A DNA stretch of 61,933 nucleotides, the filler included. It is 6 parts of 6 records of this genome, joined end to end, with 100 filler letters (N's around TTAATTAATTAA, not from the genome) between each part and the next. Parts side by side here need not be neighbours in the genome. Positions count along the whole stretch, not along the records: positions 9,587 to 22,350 come from DRR723986_6867; 5 more parts are not named here. One strand, given 5' to 3'. The translations under genes were made by a program, and so were the position numbers. Below the pieces are notes generated by a model. It searched no databases. It was not told the DNA's origin and was given only the letters and a program-made list of their open reading frames with translations. Of this stretch, positions 10,143 to 20,743 are shown piece after piece (the first letter of the stretch is position 1; the number at the start of each line of letters is the position of its first letter).

Positions 10143-10640
10143 ATGCCCATCATCACCAAGGCCGGTGCAAAACGCGATAGCTGTGACGGCAAGAACAGCC
10201 CCTGTGGGTCTTATGACGCCCTGCTTTATTCCGACAGCGGTGGCTTGACCCAGTTTGGCGCTTTTGTTGAGACCCTGCCTCCGGGCTCGGCGTCCTCCAT
10301 CAAACATTGGCATGCCAAGGAAGACGAAATGATCTATGTTCTGGATGGCATTGCGACTGTCGTCGAAGGAGATGAAGAACATCAGCTCAGCCCGGGTGAT
10401 GCTGCGACCTTCAAGGCTGGTGCCCCGTTGGGGCATTGTGTGAAAAACAATTCGGATCAATCCATTACATATCTCGTCATTGGTAGCCGCAAAGAGGCGG
10501 ACACCGTGACCTTTCCGGATAACGACCGCGTTCTGCATTTCACCAGAGATGACACAGGCGAGACCGCCGAAAGGCGTTTTGAGACCTTGCAGGGCGCGCC
10601 TGCAACCAACCCCTATGTGATCGACGACAGTGCCACCTGA
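10143..10640 (+). CDS. Cupin domain protein
   Basis: GGLTQFGA..ETLPPG..SS.KHWHAKEDE..YVL.G...PGD...F.AG...GH. Confidence 0.85.
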   Translation: MPIITKAGAKRDSCDGKNSPCGSYDALLYSDSGGLTQFGAFVETLPPGSASSIKHWHAKEDEMIYVLDGIATVVEGDEEHQLSPGDAATFKAGAPLGHCVKNNSDQSITYLVIGSRKEADTVTFPDNDRVLHFTRDDTGETAERRFETLQGAPATNPYVIDDSAT

Positions 10641-11562
10641 CACCACCCCGCGGATCACCGTCTATAGCTGGCTGATGGTGGCCACGCTTGCCTTTGTCTG
10701 GGGTGGCACGTTTATGGTCACCGAAGTGGCGCTGCGCGGCATCACCCCGTTCTGGCTGGCGGCATCGCGCATTGTGTTTGCGGCGCTGGTCATGGTGGCC
10801 GTTTGGGGCTTGCGCGGGTTCGCGCTGTTTCAAGCGCCATTAAGCGGGCCACAGCGGGCGGCCCTGTTGACGATAGGCGCCGCCAGCTCTGCGGTGCCTT
10901 TTTCCTTGCTGGCCTGGGGCCAACAACATGTGACCTCTGGCTTTGCGGGTGTGTCCATGGCCTCGACCGCGCTGATCATGCTGGTGCTGGCGCATTTCTT
11001 TGTGCCGGGCGAACGGTTGACCCTACGCCGGTCTATCGGGTTTGCCATCGGATTTTGCGGGGTTGTGGTTCTGATCGGCGGACAGGCTTTCGAGACCTCG
11101 GGCGGCATGCTGGAACCCATTGGGCGTGCCGCCTGTATTGGCGCGGCCTGCTGCTATTCCGTCAGTTCGATCCTGATGCGCCGCCTTCCGGCGGTTGACC
11201 CGATCGGTCTTGCCACTGTCTTGCTGTTGATCGCCTCTGCGATCACCGTGCCGCTGGCCCTCATCACCGAAGGGTTCCCGCCCCTGCCCGACAAGCAAAC
11301 CCTTGTTGTGCTTGCCTTTTTAGGGCTAATCCCAACCGCCGCCGCCAATATTCTGCGGGTGCTGGTGGTGCGCAGCGCCGGTCCGGTCTTTATGTCTTTG
11401 GTCAATTATCAGGTGCCGGTCTGGTCCGTGGTGCTGGGCGGGTGGATTCTGGCCGAACCGATGCCGCCCTCGCTGCTTTATGCGATGGTCTTGATTTTGG
11501 CCGGTGTTGCGATCAGCCAATTCGGCGCGTTGCGCCGGTTGTTTGGCCGGGCTGGGACTTAA
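10630..11562 (+). CDS. DMT/EamA family transporter
   Basis: About 10 TMs; WGGTF, R, GER, G...SLVNY..PV...LG..IL.E. Confidence 0.9.
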   Translation: MPPDTTPRITVYSWLMVATLAFVWGGTFMVTEVALRGITPFWLAASRIVFAALVMVAVWGLRGFALFQAPLSGPQRAALLTIGAASSAVPFSLLAWGQQHVTSGFAGVSMASTALIMLVLAHFFVPGERLTLRRSIGFAIGFCGVVVLIGGQAFETSGGMLEPIGRAACIGAACCYSVSSILMRRLPAVDPIGLATVLLLIASAITVPLALITEGFPPLPDKQTLVVLAFLGLIPTAAANILRVLVVRSAGPVFMSLVNYQVPVWSVVLGGWILAEPMPPSLLYAMVLILAGVAISQFGALRRLFGRAGT

Positions 11563-12905
11563 CCGCCGACGGCCTCTGTCACAGCCGCCACTACGCCATC
11601 CACACAGCGCTCCATCAGCGCCGCATCTTCGTGCTCTGCCATCACCCGAACCAAAGGTTCTGTGCCCGATTTGCGGATCAGCAACCGCCCACCGCCGGAC
11701 AAATCCGCCTCGGCCTGCGCTATCGCGGCCTTCACGGGGGCCATATCAAGCGGGGTCTGTCCCGCACCAAAGCGCACGTTCTTAAGGAGTTGCGGCACCG
11801 CATCGAACTGATGCAACAGCTCTGACGCCTTGCGCTCTCCACGCACCAATTCCGCCAAAAACTGCATGCCCGCCATAAGACCGTCACCGGTGGTGGCATA
11901 ATCGGTCATCACGATATGCCCCGATTGTTCGCCGCCAAGGTTAAAGCCACCCTGCCGCATCCGTTCCACCACATAGCGATCGCCAACATTGGTGCGTTCG
12001 AGCCGCAGACCGCGGGCGTCCAGGAACCGCTCCAATCCAAGATTGCTCATGACCGTTGCAACAAGGGCGTTGCCCTTCAGCCGTTCTTCTTCGGCCCAGC
12101 GTGCGGCCATCAGCGCCATGAACTGATCGCCATCGCCAACATTGCCTTTTTCGTCGATCAGGATCACCCGGTCGGCATCACCGTCGAGACAGATCCCCAC
12201 ATCCGCGCCATGGGCCACGACAGTTTCTGCCGCCGATTGTGGATGCGTCGATCCGCAGCCCTCGTTGATGTTATGCCCGTTTGGGGCCACGCCCACGGGG
12301 ATCACGGTTGCGCCCAGCTCCCACAGGGTCATCGGAGCGACGTGGTGCGCTGCGCCATTGGCGCAATCAATCACCACCTTCAGCCCGTCCAGACGCATCT
12401 GGCGCGGAAAGGAGGATTTCACCCGCTCAATATAGCGAAAGCGGCTGTCATCGATGCGTTTGGCGCGGCCGATGTCTGCGGCGTCAGAGGGTTCAACACC
12501 TTCGGCCACCAGCGCCTCAATCTCGGCCTCGGCCTGATCGGACAGCTTAAACCCGTCAGGCCCAAAGAATTTGATGCCGTTGTCATGGGCCGGGTTGTGG
12601 CTGGCCGAAATCATCACGCCCAGATCGGCCCGCATGGAGCGGGTCAACAAACCCACCGCCGGGGTCGGCACCGGCCCCAACAGCAGCACATTCATGCCTG
12701 TGCTGGTCAATCCGGCGGTCAGCGCGTTTTCAAACATATAACCCGACAGCCGTGTGTCCTTGCCAATGACGACGCGGTGCACGCCTTTGTTATCACGCCG
12801 GAAATATTGCCCCACTGCCGCGCCGATACGCAGGGCCATCTCGGCGGTCATGGGATAGGTGTTGGCGGTGCCGCGCACGCCGTCTGTGCCAAAAAGCTTT
12901 GTCAT
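11559..12905 (-). CDS. glmM: Phosphoglucosamine mutase
   Basis: [46 protein letters not shown]. Confidence 0.96.
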   Translation of the reverse strand: MTKLFGTDGVRGTANTYPMTAEMALRIGAAVGQYFRRDNKGVHRVVIGKDTRLSGYMFENALTAGLTSTGMNVLLLGPVPTPAVGLLTRSMRADLGVMISASHNPAHDNGIKFFGPDGFKLSDQAEAEIEALVAEGVEPSDAADIGRAKRIDDSRFRYIERVKSSFPRQMRLDGLKVVIDCANGAAHHVAPMTLWELGATVIPVGVAPNGHNINEGCGSTHPQSAAETVVAHGADVGICLDGDADRVILIDEKGNVGDGDQFMALMAARWAEEERLKGNALVATVMSNLGLERFLDARGLRLERTNVGDRYVVERMRQGGFNLGGEQSGHIVMTDYATTGDGLMAGMQFLAELVRGERKASELLHQFDAVPQLLKNVRFGAGQTPLDMAPVKAAIAQAEADLSGGGRLLIRKSGTEPLVRVMAEHEDAALMERCVDGVVAAVTEAVGG

Positions 12906-13924
12906 GCCTGTCTTCCTGCCATGGCAGCCCGCCACAGCGCAATTGCCTGTATCGTTTGCGCCACATCATGCACACGCAGGATCTGAATACCATGGGCAAG
13001 GCCTGCAAGGGCAACGGCAATCGACCCCGGTGCGCGGTGATCTGCCTGCGGGGCATTGCCAATGGTGCCGATAAACCGCTTGCGCGAGGCACCCAGCAGG
13101 ATCGGCACCCCAAGATCGTGAAACAGGCCCAGCCGCGCCAGAAGGGTCAGATTGTGATCCAGCGTTTTGCCAAAGCCGATACCGGGATCAGCGATGATCC
13201 GGCTGCGCGGAATGCCCTGCGCCTCAAGCGTGTCAATGCGCCCCGCCAGGTAGTCGAAGACATCCAGCAACACATCATCATATCGCGGATCTTGTTGCAT
13301 GGTTTCAGGATCGCCCTGTGCATGCATCACACAGACCGGCAGGGACCGCGCCGCACAAAAGGGCGCGAGCGCATCGTCATAGGTCAGGCCGGAGACATCG
13401 TTCACCAGATCCGCACCCGCCCGCATGGCGCTTTCGGCCACTGCCGCCTTGCGGGTGTCGATGGAGATGGCGCAATCCACGCCGCTGGCCCGCAAGCTTT
13501 CGATCACGGGCGCGGTGCGGCGGATTTCTTCGTCCACAGCCACGGTGACAGCGCCGGGGCGCGTGGATTCGCCGCCGATGTCCAGAATATCAACGCCTGC
13601 CGCCTGCATCTGCAATCCGGCACGCACCGCGTCCTGTTCCGCCGCGTGAACCCCGCCATCCGAGAAACTGTCCGGTGTGGTGTTTAAGATGCCCATCACC
13701 CGCGGGCGGTCCAAGGTCATCATTGCCACTTGCGGGCGCGGCGTGGTCAGGCGGCCTGCGGCCTCTGCTGGCAGGTCTTGTGCCGGTATGATCTGGGCGG
13801 ACGCGCCCCGGCGCAGCACTTCGACTTCTGAAAACCAGCCCCAGCCGCCCGCAAGCTCTAGCGCATGATCAGGCCGCGCCGGGCCGCACTGCACAAGCGG
13901 GCGGAAGTAGTCGCGCCCGGTCAC
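12902..13924 (-). CDS. folP: Dihydropteroate synthase
   Basis: [50 protein letters not shown]. Confidence 0.96.
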   Translation of the reverse strand: MTGRDYFRPLVQCGPARPDHALELAGGWGWFSEVEVLRRGASAQIIPAQDLPAEAAGRLTTPRPQVAMMTLDRPRVMGILNTTPDSFSDGGVHAAEQDAVRAGLQMQAAGVDILDIGGESTRPGAVTVAVDEEIRRTAPVIESLRASGVDCAISIDTRKAAVAESAMRAGADLVNDVSGLTYDDALAPFCAARSLPVCVMHAQGDPETMQQDPRYDDVLLDVFDYLAGRIDTLEAQGIPRSRIIADPGIGFGKTLDHNLTLLARLGLFHDLGVPILLGASRKRFIGTIGNAPQADHRAPGSIAVALAGLAHGIQILRVHDVAQTIQAIALWRAAMAGRQA

Positions 13925-14847
13925 AGCGTGCCTTGCTCCACCGGAACAGCCTTGAGCGGCACCGTTGCGGCATCAGGCAGATCGGCACCGATCACCAGCA
14001 TATCTTCGGCCTCCATCATAGCGGCAAACCACGCGGCCAGCGCCACCGCATCGCGCGGCTGGACAGACGGGGTGTCAACGGAATCCAATACAATCTTGGA
14101 CGGTGCCCAAACACAGGTCTGCCCGTTCTTCATCGCCCAGTCGAGTTCGGTGCGCGTGTCCACCACAACGCAGCGGTCGTCTTTGGACGCCAGAACCCAT
14201 GCGTTTTGTTCAATCGCCAACAGATCAATCCGGCGCTGTGCCATCTTGTGAGACAACTGCGGCGCGGCGGCATCCGGTGCGCCTACACAGAAGATCACCG
14301 GTTTGCCCTGCCCGATCAATTGATCCAGCCAGCCAGCCAAATGCGCAGAGGCGATGGCGGCATTGCCCAGAAACACCAACTGCGGCTGCGGCGGGGCCTC
14401 TTGGGCCACCTCGGCCATGGGCGCGGCGGCGACACGGGCGCGGACGATCTCAACCCCCAATGCGCCGGGCCCACGGTCCAGCTTTTCGATACGGACAAAG
14501 GCCCGCATCGCCTGCGGTTCCAGCAAAATGCGATCGGCAACCCGTTCGGCCAGTGTTTCAAGCAAAGCCAATCGTTCCACAGCCAGTTCGGCGGCAATCG
14601 CCTCGGTCACGCGGTCATAGCTCAGAATGCGGTCCACATCGTCTTCAATCGGTCCGGTCAGCGGCTGCACCTCGACCACGACGTTAAAGCAAATGCGCTG
14701 GGTCACGCCGCGTTCAGCCTGAAACGCGCCGATCTCGACCTCGACGATATGATCGCGCAGGGAAATGCGATCCAGCGGGGTGTCATCGGCCATGGCCTCT
14801 GCACGCTCTGAGGGATGCGCAAAGGCAAGGCGGACTTCGTTCGACAT
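13921..14847 (-). CDS. folB: Dihydroneopterin aldolase with C-terminal extension
   Basis: DRISLRD...IGAFQAERGVTQRICFNV...LSYD...LLETLAE..A...VRIEKLD, then ~165 extra residues; ATGA-type coupling to folP. Confidence 0.85.
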   Translation of the reverse strand: MSNEVRLAFAHPSERAEAMADDTPLDRISLRDHIVEVEIGAFQAERGVTQRICFNVVVEVQPLTGPIEDDVDRILSYDRVTEAIAAELAVERLALLETLAERVADRILLEPQAMRAFVRIEKLDRGPGALGVEIVRARVAAAPMAEVAQEAPPQPQLVFLGNAAIASAHLAGWLDQLIGQGKPVIFCVGAPDAAAPQLSHKMAQRRIDLLAIEQNAWVLASKDDRCVVVDTRTELDWAMKNGQTCVWAPSKIVLDSVDTPSVQPRDAVALAAWFAAMMEAEDMLVIGADLPDAATVPLKAVPVEQGTL

Positions 14848-14957
14848 GGTTCTGGCCTTCAATGGGTGTATTCAGATGCGGGCATAGCCGATCTGGGCCG
14901 CATTATCAGCCATTTTTCCGGCAGACCAGCACCGGAACACGCCCTTTTGGGCAAAAA

Positions 14958-15599
14958 TCAGTTGGACGCAGTGCGCCAGGTGTGACGGTAGAACAGATGC
15001 ACACCAATGCGGGCCGTGCGGGTGTAAACGCGCGACCAACGCGGTTTGACCGCTGTGGTGTGGTAATGGGTGGCGCCATCCGTCAGTTCCGGCGCTTTGC
15101 CATCAAGGCTGGCGCGGGCCACTTTGGCCACACGGGCAAAGGCGCGCGGCTCTGCGATCACCTCTTTGTGGCCGTCACAGGTATAGGTGAACTGACACTG
15201 GTACTTGCGGCCCGTGCCCTGATTGATCACACCGCAAGGGGTGCTGGGAAAGCGTTTGCTTTCCACCCGGTTCAGGATCACCTCGGCCACAGCAAACTGG
15301 CCCTTCACGGTCTCACCACGCGCCTCAAAGTAAAGCGCCTCGGCCAGACAACGCCACTGTGCCGACCCTGAGGCCTTTGGCTGTGCGTCGATCCACTTGC
15401 GCGAGAATTCAAGATCGGATTTGGCTTCTTTTGGTGCTGTCACCAACGACTTCAATCGTTTGTCCCCGGCAGATTTCAGGCCCTTTGCCTCCACCTTTGC
15501 CAGTTCTTCGGCCTTTTCTGCGTTGGCTGTTGCGACCACAGGCGTGATCACAATGGCCGACAAAAGTGCCGCGAAAATCGAAGTCTGAAACCAACGCAT
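14958..15599 (-). CDS. Cell wall hydrolase (SleB/Hydrolase_2)
   Basis: Signal peptide; CLAEALYFEARGE..GQ.AVAEVILNRV...CQF...GATHYH...P.W...IG.H.FY. Confidence 0.92.
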   Translation of the reverse strand: MRWFQTSIFAALLSAIVITPVVATANAEKAEELAKVEAKGLKSAGDKRLKSLVTAPKEAKSDLEFSRKWIDAQPKASGSAQWRCLAEALYFEARGETVKGQFAVAEVILNRVESKRFPSTPCGVINQGTGRKYQCQFTYTCDGHKEVIAEPRAFARVAKVARASLDGKAPELTDGATHYHTTAVKPRWSRVYTRTARIGVHLFYRHTWRTASN

Positions 15600-15727
15600 G
15601 CTGCGCCTCGTGTGCTGTTAACTCAGCTGAGCGCCTATCCAGAATCCGCGTTCTGGTAAACCCACCCGTTTACGGCTGCGACATTTGTGGAAAAAATTGG
15701 CCGGTATTGTTGATCTGCTGGGGGTTT

Positions 15728-18265
15728 CTACCCGATCTTGTGCTGAATTGCGAGTTGTGCAGCAGCAAGCCTTGCTACCGGAACGCGAAATGGAGAGCAA
15801 GAAACGTAATCGAACCCCGATTCCCGGCAGAATGCAATCGATTCGGGGTTGCCGCCATGCTCGCCGCAGATCGACAGGGTCAAACCGGGTTGCGCTTTGC
15901 GGCCCCGCTCTGCGCCAAGCTGCAAAAGCTCGCCCACGCCCTCGATATCCAGAACATGAAACGGATCTTCCGAATAGACACCTTGCTGCACGTAATCGGA
16001 CATGAACCGCCCTGCATCATCACGGGACAACCCATAGGTCATCTGTGTCAAATCGTTGGTGCCAAAGCTGAGAAAGGCACAATGCGGTGCAATTTCCGCC
16101 GCGCGCAACGCCGCACGCGGCGTTTCCACCATCACACCCAATCGGTAGGTAAAGCTGGCGTCGCTTTCGGTGCGCACCGCCGCCGCCACCGCATCCACGG
16201 AGGTCTTGATCAGCTCAACCTCGCGTTTGGCACTGACCAGCGGGATCATGATCTCCGGCACCACCGGTTCACCATCCTTGCTTGCCGCAATCGTCGCCTC
16301 AAAAATCGCCCGCGCCTGCATCTCGTAGATTTCTGGCACGGTGACGCCAAGACGCACCCCGCGCAGACCCAGCATCGGATTGTATTCGCTCATTGCCTCG
16401 ATGCGGCGGGTCACATCCGACAAGGGCAAGTTCAGCGCTTCGGCCAGCTCGCGCTGGCCAATCCGGTCAGCGGGCAGGAATTCGTGCAAGGGTGGATCAA
16501 ACAGTCGGATGCACACAGGCTGTCCCTGCATAATGCGGAACAATTGGGTGAAGTCATCGCGCTGCATCGGCAAAAGCCGTTCCAGCACCGCGCGGCGATC
16601 CTCGCCGGTTTCGGCAAAGATCATTTCACGCATCACAGTCAGGCGGCCGGGATCAAAGAACATATGTTCCGTGCGGCACAGCCCGATGCCATGAGCGTCA
16701 AAATTGCGGGCGGTCTGCGCGTCTGCTGGCGTGTCTGCATTGGCGCGAATGCCAATGTCCGCGACCTGCTCTGCCCAGTCGAGAAAGGTGTTAAAGGTCT
16801 CGTCCAGTGCGGCCTCTTGCATCTTGACCGCACCTGCCAGAACTTCGCCGTTTGACCCATCCAGCGTGATCTCGTCCCCTGCGTTGAACACCCGGCCATC
16901 CGGCGCGGTGATCTGCTTTTTCTTCAGGTTCAGCTTCATCGACGACGCGCCAACAACGCAAGGCAGGCCAAGGCCGCGCCCAATCACGGCGGCATGGCTG
17001 GTGATCCCGCCCCGTTCCGTCAAAACCGCGCTGGCCGCGTGCATGCCGCGAATGTCTTCGGGGCTGGTTTCGCGGCGGATCAGGATGCAAGGCTCACCGC
17101 GAGAGGCGCTGGCCTGCGCCTCGGTGGCGGAAAACACGATCCGGCCCGTGGCCGCGCCGGGGCTGGCGGCGATGCCGCGCCCGATCACGTCCCGCTTGGT
17201 CTTGGGATCCACCTGCCGGTGCAACAACTCGGTCAATGTGCGCGGTTCCACCCGCATCAATGCCTCTTCTCGGGGGATGATCTTGTCATCTGCCAAACGC
17301 ACGGCAATACGCACCGCCGCTCGCGATGACCGCACCACGCGCACACCGTCCAGAATGTGCAAGGCACCGTCCTGCACCACAAATTCGACCTGCATTTCCT
17401 CCCGCAGCTTGGCCCGCATCAAGGCCGCATGCTGGGTCAGCTCGGCAAAGGCGTCAGGCACCAACTCCTCAAGCGACATGCCGCGCGGATCTTTGGTCAG
17501 GTAAAGCGCCTCTGAATCGCCCTGGAGCGCATCGCGCCCCTGCGATTGGCTGAGGTAACGGCCCTTGATCTGCGGCAGCCCGGTATCGCTGTCCACCAGC
17601 TGCAAAACCCCCGATCCGCATTGACCGGTGCCAACGCCAAAGGCCATCTCCTGCACCACAAGGCCAAGCCCCGCATCCGCAGGCGCCCCCTTGGCCTGCC
17701 GCAAAAGCCGTGCCGAGGTGCCACCCCACGCCCGCGCCATGGAGCGCAAAACGCCCGCCAGTTGCTTGGCCGGATCTTGAGGAAAACTCTCCTCCGTCTC
17801 TTGTTCATAGGCCCAGAGCGATTGTTCCAACGCCGCGCGGCCATCACCGGTCACGTCATCGAACATATCAGGATCAAGCCGGGCCACATTGATCGCATAG
17901 GTCTGAACAAAACGGGTATATAGCGCCGCTGCCGGCTCCTCGCCCATCGTCTGGCAGAACTCATCAAACCGTTCGCCATTGATGCCGATGTTCAAAACCG
18001 CCCCCGGCCCGCCCCAATCAGGGTCTTGGCTGGAGGGGCGCACACAAAGCAACGCCTCTTTGGGAAACTGCGCCACCACGGCATCCACATCGGGCAAATG
18101 CCCCTCGGCGATCTTTTGCACCGCATCAAAGGACAGCGCCACCGTGCGCGGCACAGGCAGGTCAAGCCGCACCAGCCGTTGCAGGCATTTCGCCCGCCCG
18201 CCGTGGGTGTCATTCGCAATCGGCCCGTCGGCCGTTACCAGCGTTGTATGTGGATTATTCTGCAC
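15728..18265 (-). CDS. ppdK: Pyruvate phosphate dikinase-like protein with divergent nucleotide-binding domain
   Basis: Intact GGITSHAAV phospho-His domain, GIGLCRTEHMFF, SFGTNDLTQ, ICGEHGG, SCSPFRVP; start uncertain (18265 GTG or 18295 ATG). Confidence 0.85.
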   Translation of the reverse strand: MQNNPHTTLVTADGPIANDTHGGRAKCLQRLVRLDLPVPRTVALSFDAVQKIAEGHLPDVDAVVAQFPKEALLCVRPSSQDPDWGGPGAVLNIGINGERFDEFCQTMGEEPAAALYTRFVQTYAINVARLDPDMFDDVTGDGRAALEQSLWAYEQETEESFPQDPAKQLAGVLRSMARAWGGTSARLLRQAKGAPADAGLGLVVQEMAFGVGTGQCGSGVLQLVDSDTGLPQIKGRYLSQSQGRDALQGDSEALYLTKDPRGMSLEELVPDAFAELTQHAALMRAKLREEMQVEFVVQDGALHILDGVRVVRSSRAAVRIAVRLADDKIIPREEALMRVEPRTLTELLHRQVDPKTKRDVIGRGIAASPGAATGRIVFSATEAQASASRGEPCILIRRETSPEDIRGMHAASAVLTERGGITSHAAVIGRGLGLPCVVGASSMKLNLKKKQITAPDGRVFNAGDEITLDGSNGEVLAGAVKMQEAALDETFNTFLDWAEQVADIGIRANADTPADAQTARNFDAHGIGLCRTEHMFFDPGRLTVMREMIFAETGEDRRAVLERLLPMQRDDFTQLFRIMQGQPVCIRLFDPPLHEFLPADRIGQRELAEALNLPLSDVTRRIEAMSEYNPMLGLRGVRLGVTVPEIYEMQARAIFEATIAASKDGEPVVPEIMIPLVSAKREVELIKTSVDAVAAAVRTESDASFTYRLGVMVETPRAALRAAEIAPHCAFLSFGTNDLTQMTYGLSRDDAGRFMSDYVQQGVYSEDPFHVLDIEGVGELLQLGAERGRKAQPGLTLSICGEHGGNPESIAFCRESGFDYVSCSPFRVPVARLAAAQLAIQHKIG

Positions 18266-18321
18266 CGCAGCACCTTTCGTGTTCAGGTGCAGCATAGGCA
18301 GTTGACGCCAACAGGCAAGAG

Positions 18322-18354
18322 AAAGGCGTGAGCAGCAGACTGCATCACGCCTTT
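18322..18354 (-). terminator. Hairpin between glyS and ppdK, possible terminator
   Basis: AAAGGCGTGA / TCACGCCTTT inverted repeat followed on minus strand by CTCTT. Confidence 0.5.
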
Positions 18355-18400
18355 GCCTTCGTCAAACTTGCCGTATCAGCCCCGCCGGAGGGGCAGGCGT

Positions 18401-20629
18401 TTACCCATCAATCCGCGTCAGATCCGCAACTGAAGAACAGGTGGTGCGGATGCGGCTGAGCAGGTTCAGACGGTTGCGGCGCACGGTGCCATTGTCGCTG
18501 TTGACCTGAACCGCATCAAAGAACGCATCAATCGGACCGCGCAGCGCGGCCATGGCGGACATCGCTGTGGTGAAATCCTGCGCGGCCATTGCCGGGGCAA
18601 TCGCGGCTTCGGCCTTATCGAGCGCGGCGAAAAGCGCCTTTTCCTCATCGGTTTCGGCGAATTTGATGTCTGCACCGTAAAAATATTCCACGCCATCCGC
18701 CGCTTCGGCTTGGGTCAGGATGTTATTGGCGCGTTTGAAACCCTGGATCAGATTTTCGCCATCATCGGTTGACAGGGTCTCGGACAAGGCGCGGGCGCGT
18801 TTGACCAAGAGCGTCAGATCGTCGTTGCCTTCCATTTCGATACAGGCGTCGATGATGTCGTGGCGGATGCCTTGGTCCTTGAGGTAGACCTTGAGGCGGT
18901 CGTGCAAGAAACCCAGTAGATCCACCGATTTGTCCGGCACCTGTTCACCCAAAGCTTCAAAGGCAGCGTTGCCTTCCCCTTCGGCAAGGCGCGCCTTCAC
19001 GGTTTTGAATGCCGCCCCGAACACGCCGTGTTCGGCAATTTCTTCGACCAGATCGTGGATCAGGTTTGCCTTGAGGTCGCCATTTGACTGCCCCTTGTTG
19101 CGCACCAGTTGCGCGTCGATAAAACGGTCCATGTGCAAAGAGATGTCGTTCTCAACCAATATCCGAATTACCCCCAGCGCCGCACGGCGCAGGGCAAAGG
19201 GATCCTTAGAACCCGTCGGCTTTTCATCAATCGCCCAAAACCCGGTCAGCTTGTCGATCTTTTCAGCCAGCGACACGGCAACCGACACGGGCGCGATGGG
19301 CACGTCATCGGATGGCCCAAGTGGCGCGTAATGTTCCTTGGCTGCCGCCGCAACCGCATCGCTTTTGCCCGCCGCTTTGGCGTAACAACTGCCCATAAGC
19401 CCTTGAAGTTCGGGGAATTCATAGACCATTTCAGAACTCAGATCCGCCTTGGCCAGCCGCGCCGCCTGCTCTGCCTCATCGGCATCCGCGCCGACCATCG
19501 GGGCCAGCTCGCGGGCCAGCACGGCCATGCGTTCGATCAATTCGGCCTGCGTGCCAAGCTTGTTATGGAAGGTCACATTCTCAAGCGATTTAACCCAAGC
19601 GCTCATGCCCTCATTCGAGGTCGCGGTGCGCAGGTCGTTCTCCCAAAAAAACTTCGCATCTGCCAGCCGCGCCGACAGCACCTTTTCATTGCCGGCCAGA
19701 ATGGTCGCGCCATTGTCCGCCGTGGTGCGGTTGGCCACGGTGATAAATCGTTCGATCTGTCCGGTCTTGGGATTGCGCACGGAAAAGAACTTCTGATGTT
19801 CGCGCATAGAGGTCTGCAGCACCTCTGGCGGCAGGCCCAGAAAATCATCGGCAATCTGGCCCATCAGAACCACCGGATATTCGACCAGCCCTGCGACCTC
19901 AGCCAAAAGACCCGCGTCCTCCACCACTTCCAGCCCATTGGCAAAGGCCATATTGGTGGCGTCATTCCAGATGGTTTCAGCACGCTCTTCGGCGGAAAGC
20001 ACCACAAAGGCGCGTTTCAGTTTGGCCGCGTAGTCCTCAAAGCTGCTGACCTTGATCGCCTCTGGCGCAAGGAAGCGGTGGCCGCGAGTCTCATCGCCGG
20101 AGGTGATCCCGTCCACGTCCAGCGCGACAACCTCGGCGCCGTCTTCTGCCGACATAATGCACAGGATCGAATGCAGCGGGCGGACCCATTTCAGGCTGCC
20201 ACTGCCCCAGCGCATGGATTTGGGCCATGGGAAGTTGCGAATGGTCTGTTCAAGCACCTCTGCCACGATCTCGGCTGCCGGGCGGCCCGGCTTTTCGATC
20301 ATGGCAAAGAGGATCTTGCCTTTGGGGGTATCGCGTTCCTCAAGCTGGTCACGGGTCAGGCCCGCGCCGCGCAGAAACCCTTCGATGGCCTTTTCGGGCG
20401 CGTCAGCTTTTGGGCCTTTGCGTTCTTCGACGGTGCGCGGGCTGGCGGCCAGCATATCACCTAGCGCCAGCGTCAACCGGCGCGGCGTGGAAAAGGCCGC
20501 AGCAGAGCCATAGGTCAAACCCGCCTCGACCAGACCATTGGTCACCAGCTTTTTCAGATCCTCGGCGGCGCGGGTTTGCATCCGCGCGGGTATTTCTTCG
20601 GAAAACAGTTCAATCAGCAGGTCTGGCAC
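18401..20629 (-). CDS. glyS: Glycine--tRNA ligase beta subunit
   Basis: LLIELFSEEIPA, TPRRL, WPKSMRW, EFPELQG.MG, PTGSKDPFALRR, R.NRLNLL. Confidence 0.96.
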   Translation of the reverse strand: MPDLLIELFSEEIPARMQTRAAEDLKKLVTNGLVEAGLTYGSAAAFSTPRRLTLALGDMLAASPRTVEERKGPKADAPEKAIEGFLRGAGLTRDQLEERDTPKGKILFAMIEKPGRPAAEIVAEVLEQTIRNFPWPKSMRWGSGSLKWVRPLHSILCIMSAEDGAEVVALDVDGITSGDETRGHRFLAPEAIKVSSFEDYAAKLKRAFVVLSAEERAETIWNDATNMAFANGLEVVEDAGLLAEVAGLVEYPVVLMGQIADDFLGLPPEVLQTSMREHQKFFSVRNPKTGQIERFITVANRTTADNGATILAGNEKVLSARLADAKFFWENDLRTATSNEGMSAWVKSLENVTFHNKLGTQAELIERMAVLARELAPMVGADADEAEQAARLAKADLSSEMVYEFPELQGLMGSCYAKAAGKSDAVAAAAKEHYAPLGPSDDVPIAPVSVAVSLAEKIDKLTGFWAIDEKPTGSKDPFALRRAALGVIRILVENDISLHMDRFIDAQLVRNKGQSNGDLKANLIHDLVEEIAEHGVFGAAFKTVKARLAEGEGNAAFEALGEQVPDKSVDLLGFLHDRLKVYLKDQGIRHDIIDACIEMEGNDDLTLLVKRARALSETLSTDDGENLIQGFKRANNILTQAEAADGVEYFYGADIKFAETDEEKALFAALDKAEAAIAPAMAAQDFTTAMSAMAALRGPIDAFFDAVQVNSDNGTVRRNRLNLLSRIRTTCSSVADLTRIDG

Positions 20630-20743
20630 GGGCGGTGTCCTTCGTCTTGCCGCGATGCGGCGCGTCTTTTGCGCTTGGATACCCGCAGGGGCCGCGTGGG
20701 TCCAGCCCCGAAGCGCCAGTGCCGTGGCGATAGAGTCCGGTCT

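Noticed and set aside
15656-15673. GTAAAC-N6-GTTTAC palindrome upstream of the cell wall hydrolase
   Set aside because: Single short palindrome, does not match CtrA TTAA-N7-TTAA; cannot be supported without comparative data
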